Assembly: GCA_965242925.1 (NCBI GenBank)
Contig: CBDEUM010000009.1
Span: 64,001-128,000, forward strand
Reading direction: 5' to 3'
Source: Roseibacillus sp.
GTDB taxonomy: Bacteria; Verrucomicrobiota; Verrucomicrobiia; Verrucomicrobiales; Akkermansiaceae
DNA length: 64,000 nucleotides
Numbering within the stretch: position 1 is the stretch's first letter; the number at the start of each line of letters is the position of its first letter. The notes beneath the pieces were generated by a model that was not told the origin of the DNA, searched no databases, and saw only the letters and a list, made by a program, of their open reading frames with translations. A program made the position numbers and the translations under genes. This document shows positions 56,539 through 64,000 of this stretch, one piece after another.

Positions 56539-57657
56539 TCAGATTGTCAGCCGCCGGTTGCGAGCCGTCACCTCCCAACTCTCCCCTGTGATCGCGCCAT
56601 CGCGAATCAGGAATGCTTCCTGGTAAAGTGCCACGGTGGGGCAGATGTGATGGGGCACTCCCAGATAAGCCTCCCCCACGGCATGGCGCTCGGGCGCTTC
56701 AACCTCCACCACGAGATGTTCCTCACTGTGGCCGATGGCCCGCGCATCCTCAAGGCCGGGCAAGTGGACACGCTTTTCGAGAGGTCCCTCCGAGGCGATG
56801 GCCTTGTGCCCCAGGTCGAGGCAAAGGCGATTCATTCCGGGCTTGCTCACGATGCGGGTGAGGACCACCGCCGCATTCTCGAAGGGTAGATCCGGATACG
56901 CCGTGCCGTAACCGTGATCCCAGAAGAGTGCGGTGCCCGGGCTGCATTGCCAACCACGCTCGCCGGCGTGGAATCCAAAGGTCGGCGAGCCGCCGCCCAC
57001 CACCGCCGGAACGGAGTGCCCCGCCACGGCAAGAGCATCGAGCAGAGCCTGGACAGACTCCATCGCCCCCGACCAGCTTTCCCGTCGGTCGGTCACCCCG
57101 GGCGCACGCACATGACCATCGTAGGCATGCACCCCGGCGAAGTGGATGCCGTTGGCAGCGGTAATGGCCTCCACCAGCGAGATCGCATCATCAACCGAAC
57201 AGATTCCCGTGCGTGCCATCCCGCAATCAAAGTCAACGAATGCCGCCAACTCCACCCCGGCGGCGAGGCAGGGTGCGATCATCCCCGACAGCACCTCCGC
57301 GCTGTCCACCAAAAAGGCGAGGCGCACGTGGGGATACGCCAAGGCCAACCGCAGCAGGCGGTCCTGACCGGGGCCCACCACGGGGTAGGCCAGGAGCACA
57401 TCCCGGGCCCCCGCCGCGAGACACATCTCCACCTCCGCGATGGTGGAGGCCTTGAACTTCTCGATTCCCGCTGCCAACTGCAGGCGCACCACCGCATCCA
57501 TCTTATGCGTCTTGACGTGCGGACGGAGCCGTTCCGGTCCTCCGCACAGCTCGATCATGCGTTCGATATTGGACTGCACCCGCCCGGGCCACACCAGCAG
57601 GGAGGGAGAAGGCACGCTCTCAAGGTTGGCGACCTCCAGTCCGGGGAGCGGCTTCAT
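56539..57657 (-). CDS. D-threonine aldolase / DSD1-type fold-III PLP enzyme
   Basis: LRPHVKTHK (PLP Lys); RTGI; HAYDGH; GGSPT; SPGT...D.GY; DLGHKA; SEEH; HICPT (metal His/Cys). Confidence 0.9.
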   Translation of the reverse strand: MKPLPGLEVANLESVPSPSLLVWPGRVQSNIERMIELCGGPERLRPHVKTHKMDAVVRLQLAAGIEKFKASTIAEVEMCLAAGARDVLLAYPVVGPGQDRLLRLALAYPHVRLAFLVDSAEVLSGMIAPCLAAGVELAAFVDFDCGMARTGICSVDDAISLVEAITAANGIHFAGVHAYDGHVRAPGVTDRRESWSGAMESVQALLDALAVAGHSVPAVVGGGSPTFGFHAGERGWQCSPGTALFWDHGYGTAYPDLPFENAAVVLTRIVSKPGMNRLCLDLGHKAIASEGPLEKRVHLPGLEDARAIGHSEEHLVVEVEAPERHAVGEAYLGVPHHICPTVALYQEAFLIRDGAITGESWEVTARNRRLTI

Positions 57658-58121
57658 TCCGGAGAGATCTCCACGATCATTTCAATCTCCACCGCAATGC
57701 CTCCCGGAAGGGTGTTGGAAGGAAGGGCACTCCGGGCCCCCACCCCGATCTCAGGTCCGAACAGCTCGGCAAACAACTCACTGCAACCGTTGATGACCTT
57801 GGGCTGGTCCACGAAGTCATTCGCGGAATTTACGAATCCAAGCGTCTTGACCACCCGTTTGACCCGATCAAGGCTGCCCAGGGAGGCCCGGAGGGTGGAA
57901 AGAAGGGCCAGTCCGGTCTGCCGGGCCGCATCGTAACCACCCTCCAAGTCCGTGTCTTCCCCGACCCGGCCCACGATCAGGGTGCCGTCCGTCCTCAGGG
58001 GCCCATGCCCGGAGAGGTAGGCAATGCTGCCTTGGAAGACAATCGGCTTGTAAACGCCCATCGGCTTTGGAGCTTCGGGCAATTCGAGATTCAATTCCTT
58101 GAGTTTTTCTTCAGCGCTCAT
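57654..58121 (-). CDS. Rid (YjgF/YER057c/UK114) family protein
   Basis: YLSGHGP; VKTLGFVNS; INGCSELF; GARSA (conserved Arg); LP.GIAVEIE. 4-bp overlap with the PLP enzyme gene. Confidence 0.9.
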   Translation of the reverse strand: MSAEEKLKELNLELPEAPKPMGVYKPIVFQGSIAYLSGHGPLRTDGTLIVGRVGEDTDLEGGYDAARQTGLALLSTLRASLGSLDRVKRVVKTLGFVNSANDFVDQPKVINGCSELFAELFGPEIGVGARSALPSNTLPGGIAVEIEMIVEISPE

Positions 58122-58158
58122 CGATGAAGTGGGAAGTTAGCGATTAAGGCCATGGGCG

Positions 58159-58182
58159 CGACTCGAAATTCATTTCGAGTCG
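58159..58182. repeat. Perfect inverted repeat with 11-bp arms inside the operon
   Basis: CGACTCGAAAT-TC-ATTTCGAGTCG between the symporter stop (58186) and the rid start (58121). Confidence 0.85.
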
Positions 58183-58185
58183 GGG

Positions 58186-60072
58186 TCAGGTTCCGAAGTA
58201 GCGTTCCACCAGTTCCTGATCCGGTTTACGGCCCCTGAGTGTTATCACAACGAGGACCAGCAAGTTGGCGGACGAGGCCCAGATGAAGGGATGTATATTG
58301 AAGGGGCTGAAGGCGCTGAACTCGCCGTTCACTTTCCAGCCGATGAGATAGAAGAGCAACATGATCGCTCCTCCGATGATCATTCCCGCCACCGCGGCGC
58401 TGGCCGTCATTCTTCGCCAGTAGAGAGCGAGCACGACCGGCACCAGGAAACAGGCTCCCAGCCCACCCGAGGCGAACACGATCAGGGTCTGGAGAAACTC
58501 GGGAGGGTTCAGCACGAACAGGACCGCGAGGACACCGACACACAGGGTCGTCCAGTAACTGAGCCGGGCGATCGTCTTCTCCGAGACGTCGTGCTTCACG
58601 TTCTGCTGGTAGACATCCCGAACCACCCCGGAAGAGACCAGCAGGAGAAAGCTGTCCACACTCGACATCACGGCCGCAAAAGGAGCCGCCACCAGGATCC
58701 CCGCTAACCAGGGAACACCGGCATTGCTCGTCACCAGGCTCGCCATCTCCGGCATGATCCGGTCGGGAGTGATCTCCATCCCCGGCAGGAGAATCCGCGC
58801 ACTCGTGAAGATCAGGACGAGGGGCAGATAGATCAGGGTGAAGAAAACTCCGACGAAGAGAATCGATCGCCGCAGCACCACCGTGTCCCGGTAAGCCATC
58901 TGGCGCACCATGTAGCTCGGTTGACCTGCCCCCGAAAAGTTCCAGAAGGCAAAGAAGCTCAGGGCCAGGAGGACCGGCAGGAACCCCTCGGGCTTGGTGC
59001 GGTGCGGACCCGGGGCGGTCAAGTAAACGCCTTCCTGGCCGGCGCCATACTTGTAAGGCTCGCGTTCGAGGATGCGCGCCTTGACGTCCCGCCGCACTTC
59101 ACCCGCAATCCGCCCTGCCTCTTCCCCGGAAGTAACGATGAGCACCTCGACCGGGATCGCTTCCGTCGAGACCGAACCGGCCTCCTTGAGTCTCACGATC
59201 TCTCCGTCCTCGGAAGCCAACCAGGTTCCCTTTGGGAGAGAGAGCTCTCCGCCCCCGGCCTCCGCGAAAAAGATTGCCGTCCCGAACTCCGGCGGCGTCT
59301 GCTTCTCCAGTTGCCGCGTCGCATTTTCCAGTCCGCCCACCTGGGAAAGCGTCAGAGCCAGGAGAATCAGGACCCCTGCCAGCATGACGAGCCCCTGCAT
59401 CACGTCGGTCCAGACCACCGCCCGGAAACCCCCGTAAGCGGTGTAGGCAATCACCGCGAGCGCAAAGAAGCACAGGCACACCAGGTAGTCCCCGTCTGCG
59501 GCACCGATCCAGAACCAGCCCTCGGTGGTGCGCTCGACGGCCGTAACCACCGCCTGGTAGATGGGGATTCCGCCAAAGAGAGTGGCCATGATGGCAGCCC
59601 CCGCCTTGAACTGGGCCAGGATGTAAAAGAAGGTGAAGATCACCACCAGGACCGTGGCGGCATTGCCGACCCCGTTACTGTCAAAGCGCTTGCGGAGGAG
59701 TTCGGGAATAGTGATGGCCCCGGCGATGCGGCCCACCTGGTTGATGCGCTTCGCAATGAGGCTGAGGGCCACCAGCGGCACCACCATGTAGCCGCAGATC
59801 CACCACGCCAGCACCCAGCCATGAGTGTAGATCAGGGCCGGGAAGCCCATGAAGCTCCCGCCGCTGGCCAGGGTTGCCGCATAGGTCAGGGCAAAGGCCC
59901 ACATCCCGAAGTTGCGGCCACCCAGGTAGTATTCCCCCACGAACGACTTCCCCTTCCGGGCCCGCCCGGCCAGATAGGCGATGACGAAGACCACCCCCAC
60001 GTAACCCAGGAAGCAAACCAGGGCCGAACTCGACGCGCCCGCCGCCACAGCGATCAGGTTCGGCCCACTCAT
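58186..60072 (-). CDS. Sodium:solute symporter (PanF/PutP-like) with an inserted soluble loop
   Basis: EYYLGGR; SGGSFMGFP; ITIPELLRKRF; YTAYGGFRAVVWTDVMQG; AAVMSSVDS; many TM helices. ATG 60072 overlaps the DUF997 stop. Confidence 0.9.
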   Translation of the reverse strand: MSGPNLIAVAAGASSSALVCFLGYVGVVFVIAYLAGRARKGKSFVGEYYLGGRNFGMWAFALTYAATLASGGSFMGFPALIYTHGWVLAWWICGYMVVPLVALSLIAKRINQVGRIAGAITIPELLRKRFDSNGVGNAATVLVVIFTFFYILAQFKAGAAIMATLFGGIPIYQAVVTAVERTTEGWFWIGAADGDYLVCLCFFALAVIAYTAYGGFRAVVWTDVMQGLVMLAGVLILLALTLSQVGGLENATRQLEKQTPPEFGTAIFFAEAGGGELSLPKGTWLASEDGEIVRLKEAGSVSTEAIPVEVLIVTSGEEAGRIAGEVRRDVKARILEREPYKYGAGQEGVYLTAPGPHRTKPEGFLPVLLALSFFAFWNFSGAGQPSYMVRQMAYRDTVVLRRSILFVGVFFTLIYLPLVLIFTSARILLPGMEITPDRIMPEMASLVTSNAGVPWLAGILVAAPFAAVMSSVDSFLLLVSSGVVRDVYQQNVKHDVSEKTIARLSYWTTLCVGVLAVLFVLNPPEFLQTLIVFASGGLGACFLVPVVLALYWRRMTASAAVAGMIIGGAIMLLFYLIGWKVNGEFSAFSPFNIHPFIWASSANLLVLVVITLRGRKPDQELVERYFGT

Positions 60073-60386
60073 GGGCGCTCGGGGTTGGAATCCTCTGCCG
60101 GATCCTCCCGGTCCGGATCGAGATCCGTGTCCTTCATGAAGACCATCGAGAACCAAAACGTGAAGCCGCAGGCCGCAATCCACGGCAAAACCACCCCGAA
60201 GAAGACCCAGCGCGGCATCCCGAAAACAGTCTCCACGGGCTTGTCCGGATCGAACCGGCCCCCAAGGCCGCATACCAGGCCGGTCCAGGTCAGAAACACC
60301 AGCCAGGCGATGACAATGACCACCGTTTCGCGGCTCGCCTGACGAAACGATTCGCCCAGCCGCCTGTTACGATCCTCCCTCCTCAT
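60069..60386 (-). CDS. DUF997/YhdT-like two-helix membrane protein
   Basis: FRQASRE...AW...FGMPRWVFFG...FMKDTDL; sits directly upstream of an SSS gene, as in yhdT-panF. Confidence 0.8.
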   Translation of the reverse strand: MRREDRNRRLGESFRQASRETVVIVIAWLVFLTWTGLVCGLGGRFDPDKPVETVFGMPRWVFFGVVLPWIAACGFTFWFSMVFMKDTDLDPDREDPAEDSNPERP

Positions 60387-60389
60387 CGC

Positions 60390-61112
60390 CTACTCCGGCC
60401 GCCCCCTGGGGTCAGGTTTCTCGCCCTTGATCAGCTTCACGGCCTGACGGGCAAGGCGGCGGCCGAAGAGATCGTATCCTTCCTTCGTGTAGTGAAGGTC
60501 GTTCCACTTTTTGCCGTCTCGCTCCTTGTCGTTGGTATCGTCGGTGTCGGCCCATGCACCCCGTGGGTCATCGTTAGCCACCTTGACCTGCGCATCGCGT
60601 ACCGCATTCCACTGCTGGTGGGAGAGGTGGTCGCAAAGTCGCCCGATGACAAAGTTCATCCCGGGAGCTTCCAGGTCCTTGCGCAGGCTGGCAATCAGCG
60701 TCTTCATGCTCTCCTCATAGGCCGCCGCGAGACCGGTCTTGCCATCGCGCTCCCCCTGCATCCACAGGAAGGTGATGCTGTCCGGTTTTCCTTCCGCAAT
60801 GCTGGCCTTCGCCTGCTTGATTACCACATCGTAGAATTCCGCAGGATCGTTGAACTGCTGGGTGAGCTTGTTGTTCCTTGCGATCTCGTCCCAGGTTTTC
60901 ACCCACTTGCGAATGGGCTGGCCTCCCTGCGCGAACTTGACGTGCTGGATGTCCGCCCCGGGCAGCAGTTTCTTCAACTCCGGCAGGACGGAAGTCTTCT
61001 CCTTGAGGCCCTGCATGTTGCTCTGGCCCGAGAGGATGAAGAGATGGCGTTCTCCGGCCTGGGCCAGGGAGGCGAGAAGGGCAGCGACAGCGAGAGAGAT
61101 GGACAGTTTCAT
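60390..61112 (-). CDS. Secreted sialate O-acetylesterase / CE6-like SGNH esterase
   Basis: Signal peptide; ILSGQSNM; WMQGE; DLHY. Confidence 0.85.
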   Translation of the reverse strand: MKLSISLAVAALLASLAQAGERHLFILSGQSNMQGLKEKTSVLPELKKLLPGADIQHVKFAQGGQPIRKWVKTWDEIARNNKLTQQFNDPAEFYDVVIKQAKASIAEGKPDSITFLWMQGERDGKTGLAAAYEESMKTLIASLRKDLEAPGMNFVIGRLCDHLSHQQWNAVRDAQVKVANDDPRGAWADTDDTNDKERDGKKWNDLHYTKEGYDLFGRRLARQAVKLIKGEKPDPRGRPE

Positions 61113-61260
61113 CCCCCATTGGTTAGAGGTCTGGTTCGTGCTTGTCAGTGTGAATCTTCCGGTCCCGGGGAGCCAGACGCTTGCCCTGGCATGAGCTCTC
61201 CCCTAGAACTTCATCCACCGCTGGCTGAACGCCTTCCCACCTACCCGGACTCCCGCTACC

Positions 61261-62214
61261 ATGCGCCCCTGCCCGTTCCTCCTCCCTCTCGCCCTCCTCG
61301 TTACGTCAGCCCTTCCCCTCCCTGCCGCCAAGGCCCCCGACGGGAAAATCGACCTCCTGGCCGATCCTTCCTTCAAGAACTGGGTCTTCCATCTCAGCGA
61401 GAAGAACTCCCTCAGCACCAGGCGGGAGGACGTCGCTGTGATCAGGGGTGGCATCCTCCAGGTGACCGGGAAAGGCTTCGGCTACTTCCGGACCCGGGAA
61501 GCCTACCGGGACTACCATCTCGTCCTTGAATACAAGTGGGGCGAGAAGACGTGGTCAAAACGGGTGGATCGCGCCCGCGATTGCGGATTGCTCCTTCACA
61601 GCCATGGCCCTGATGGATCCTTTGGCGGCGCTTGGATGTCGTGCATCCAGGCTCAGATGCTGGAAGGATCGATGGGCGACATCAACGTCCTGCAGGGAAA
61701 GACCAAGGAGGGAAAACTGATCCCCACCCGCCTGACCTGCGAGGTAGAGAAAACCCCCAAGGGTCTCCGCTGGAAGAAGGGCGGCACGCCCCTCACCTTC
61801 CCGCCCACAGGCAAGTCCGTGGCCAGTATCCGGTGGAAGGATCGCGATCCCGCCTGGAAGGACGTGAAGGGATTCCGCGGATCGCGGGATGTCGACAAGC
61901 CGGTCGGGGAGTGGAACCGCATGGAAGTCATCTGCGATGGCACATCCTACCGCATCCTGCTCAATGGAATCGTGGTGAACGCAGGCCGGGACGCTCGCCC
62001 GGCTTCCGGGTTCATCGGCATTCAGAACGAGTGGGCGGAGTGTTTCATCCGTCGCCTTGAACTCTGGCCCGTTGGCGGCTTCAAGGAAGAAACGGGCAAG
62101 TTGTCCGCGCCCCTGCCCCGCTACAAATGGTCCCCGCCAGACAGGCCTCTCGCCGCCTTCCTCCGGAAACCCTTCACCATATTTCCCCGGGACGGATACC
62201 TCACGGGCCTGTAG
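61261..62214 (+). CDS. DUF1080 (3-keto-disaccharide hydrolase-like) protein, secreted
   Basis: Signal peptide; [36 protein letters not shown]...[13 protein letters not shown]. Confidence 0.85.
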   Translation: MRPCPFLLPLALLVTSALPLPAAKAPDGKIDLLADPSFKNWVFHLSEKNSLSTRREDVAVIRGGILQVTGKGFGYFRTREAYRDYHLVLEYKWGEKTWSKRVDRARDCGLLLHSHGPDGSFGGAWMSCIQAQMLEGSMGDINVLQGKTKEGKLIPTRLTCEVEKTPKGLRWKKGGTPLTFPPTGKSVASIRWKDRDPAWKDVKGFRGSRDVDKPVGEWNRMEVICDGTSYRILLNGIVVNAGRDARPASGFIGIQNEWAECFIRRLELWPVGGFKEETGKLSAPLPRYKWSPPDRPLAAFLRKPFTIFPRDGYLTGL

Positions 62215-62248
62215 CGCTTCGAAATTCCATCCCGTTTCATCCCGGCAG

Positions 62249-63277
62249 ATGTCTCCCCGGAAGACCATCGAGATCGTCAACTGCCACGCAGAGGGAGAAG
62301 TGGGTGATGTGATCGTGGCCGGCGTCAACCCGCCTCCGGGCGAAACGTTATGGGAACAACGCACCTTTCTTGAGGAAGACGAATCGCTCCGGAACTTCGT
62401 CCTCAACGAACCGCGGGGCGGGGTCTTCCGCCACGTCAATCTCCTCGTCCCGGCCGTGGACCCCGGAGCTGACATGGGATTCCTCATCATGGAGCCCGCC
62501 GACACCCCTCCCATGTCGGGTTCAAATTCCATCTGCGTCGCCACCGTCCTCCTGGAGCAGGGGATCCTGCCCATGACTGAACCGGAGACCCGGCTTATCC
62601 TTGAGGCCCCGGGGGGCCTGATCGAAGTGCGCGCCCAATGCCGGCACGGCAGGGCTGAACGCATCACCATCACCAATGTGCCCTCCTTTGCCGCCCGGCT
62701 GGAAGCGCCCCTCGAAATCGAGGGACTCTCCACCCTCAGGGTGGATACCGCCTACGGTGGAGACAGTTTTGTGATCGTTGACGCCCATGCCCTCGGTTTC
62801 GAGCTCGTCGCCGGTGAGGCCAGGGAGCTCACCGAACTGGGAATGAGAATCGTAGACGCTGCCAACGAGCAACTCGGGTTCGTCCACCCCGTAAACCAAG
62901 AATGGAAACACCTCTCCTTCTGCCAGTTCGCTGGTCCCCTCGAGCGCGAGGGCAAGATCCTCACCGGTCCAAACGCGGTCGCCATTCGTCCCGGTAAGAT
63001 TGACCGTTGCCCCACCGGGACAGGCTGCTCGGCACGCATGGCGGTCCTTCACCGGAAGGGCATCATGAGCACTGACGACACCTACCGTGCTCGCTCCCTG
63101 ATCGGATCGGAATTCCTCTGCGGGATCGATTCCGTCACCATCGCAGGCAACATTCCGGCCATTCATCCGAGGATTTCGGGCCGGGCCTGGATTACCGGCA
63201 CTACGCAGCACACCCTGCACCCAGACGATCCCTGGCCCACGGGCTACCGGCTTTCCGACACGTGGCCGGGGGCCTGA
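62249..63277 (+). CDS. Proline racemase superfamily member with a Ser/Thr catalytic pair (trans-3-hydroxy-L-proline dehydratase-like)
   Basis: CHAEGE; NEPRG; MSGSN in place of [12 protein letters not shown] in place of DRSPCGTG; ISGRAW. Confidence 0.85.
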   Translation: MSPRKTIEIVNCHAEGEVGDVIVAGVNPPPGETLWEQRTFLEEDESLRNFVLNEPRGGVFRHVNLLVPAVDPGADMGFLIMEPADTPPMSGSNSICVATVLLEQGILPMTEPETRLILEAPGGLIEVRAQCRHGRAERITITNVPSFAARLEAPLEIEGLSTLRVDTAYGGDSFVIVDAHALGFELVAGEARELTELGMRIVDAANEQLGFVHPVNQEWKHLSFCQFAGPLEREGKILTGPNAVAIRPGKIDRCPTGTGCSARMAVLHRKGIMSTDDTYRARSLIGSEFLCGIDSVTIAGNIPAIHPRISGRAWITGTTQHTLHPDDPWPTGYRLSDTWPGA

Positions 63278-63314
63278 GAAGGGTACTCCTCCCCCAGCAC
63301 CCCGTATCCATGCC

Positions 63315-63998
63315 TCACTCTGTTCCACCCGGACGGACCCGGGGCCGCTGCGGCGGCTGGCCCGGTCGGCGCTCGCCCCGGGGCGGTCCACGACGCCCGG
63401 ATGGGGGGCCGCGACGCTCGCCCGCTCCCGGACCGGCCCCACGACCTCCACGGTGATCGATCACGCCATCCGCATCACGGTCTTCCCCATAGGGCACCCC
63501 GTTCTCAAAGTAGACCCTCTCCCGACGACCCTCTGCGACGTGCTCACGGTAGATCTTGCGTTTTTCCGTCCTGGCAAAGGAGGTGTTGGCCCTGAGGAGG
63601 GCGGACTTCAGCTCTTCGAGGTCAGATTCCAGGGGCAGCTCTTCCATCACATTCCCGGTCTGTCCGAACGTATCCGCCTTGATCACAAAAAATCCTGTCT
63701 TGCCGCGCTCACCCTTCACCACCTCACGCCACTTGGCATCCGGCTCATTTTCCGCAAAGTCGGCATGAAACTTCCCCACGATTTCCCCGTCACTCATCAG
63801 GGGCCGCAGACTCGTGCGTAACTTCTCACGGTCGTCTTCCGGCGCCACCACATAGAGCAACAGGCGCTGATCACCCGAGGCCACGTTCAGTCCCTGCCGG
63901 AAGCTGTGAAAATCCTGTAACACTGCCCCCTCTTTTGAACCCCTGGGACGATAGTTCCTGGAGATCTCCTTCAGCGCATCGACCACCCCCTCGTGCCC
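63315..63998 (-). CDS. Hypothetical protein, 5'-truncated by the window, with a G/R/P-rich tail
   Basis: Frame stays open to the window end; globular-looking region, then DRDADG and a low-complexity GRGAGPG...RPG tail. Confidence 0.6.
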   Translation of the reverse strand, partial: GHEGVVDALKEISRNYRPRGSKEGAVLQDFHSFRQGLNVASGDQRLLLYVVAPEDDREKLRTSLRPLMSDGEIVGKFHADFAENEPDAKWREVVKGERGKTGFFVIKADTFGQTGNVMEELPLESDLEELKSALLRANTSFARTEKRKIYREHVAEGRRERVYFENGVPYGEDRDADGVIDHRGGRGAGPGAGERRGPPSGRRGPPRGERRPGQPPQRPRVRPGGTE

Positions 63999-64000
63999 GC

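Overview
GC-rich bacterial chromosomal window, densely coding (about 40 CDS, with both end genes truncated). It is inferred to be from the PVC superphylum, most likely Verrucomicrobiota, because it carries three DUF1501 genes, a DUF1549/DUF1553 gene, three PVC-type 'membrane-bound dehydrogenase + HEAT + CxxCH' proteins, two Tat-exported Gfo/Idh/MocA oxidoreductases and large DxDxDG-repeat surface proteins. Content is mostly secreted or periplasmic carbohydrate and redox enzymes. I saw no rRNA, tRNA, CRISPR array, integrase or transposase. Best leads: (1) a tandem pair of modular surface proteins with different N-terminal lectin-like domains, a shared ~250-aa C-terminus, near-identical internal DNA repeats and a duplicated promoter/leader; (2) a minus-strand catabolic operon (esterase, DUF997, Na+:solute symporter, Rid, D-TA-type PLP enzyme, M19 amidohydrolase) ending in a frameshifted SDR remnant; (3) a propeller/di-heme MauG-CcP-like/ankyrin fusion next to an NHL (PAL-like) protein; (4) split and fused versions of an SGNH + PVC heme-dehydrogenase module in the same window; (5) a myo-inositol oxygenase with all recognisable iron ligands; (6) a probable deletion scar joining a DUF1549 start to a DUF1501 end. 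All family calls come from motif recognition by eye, not from database searches.
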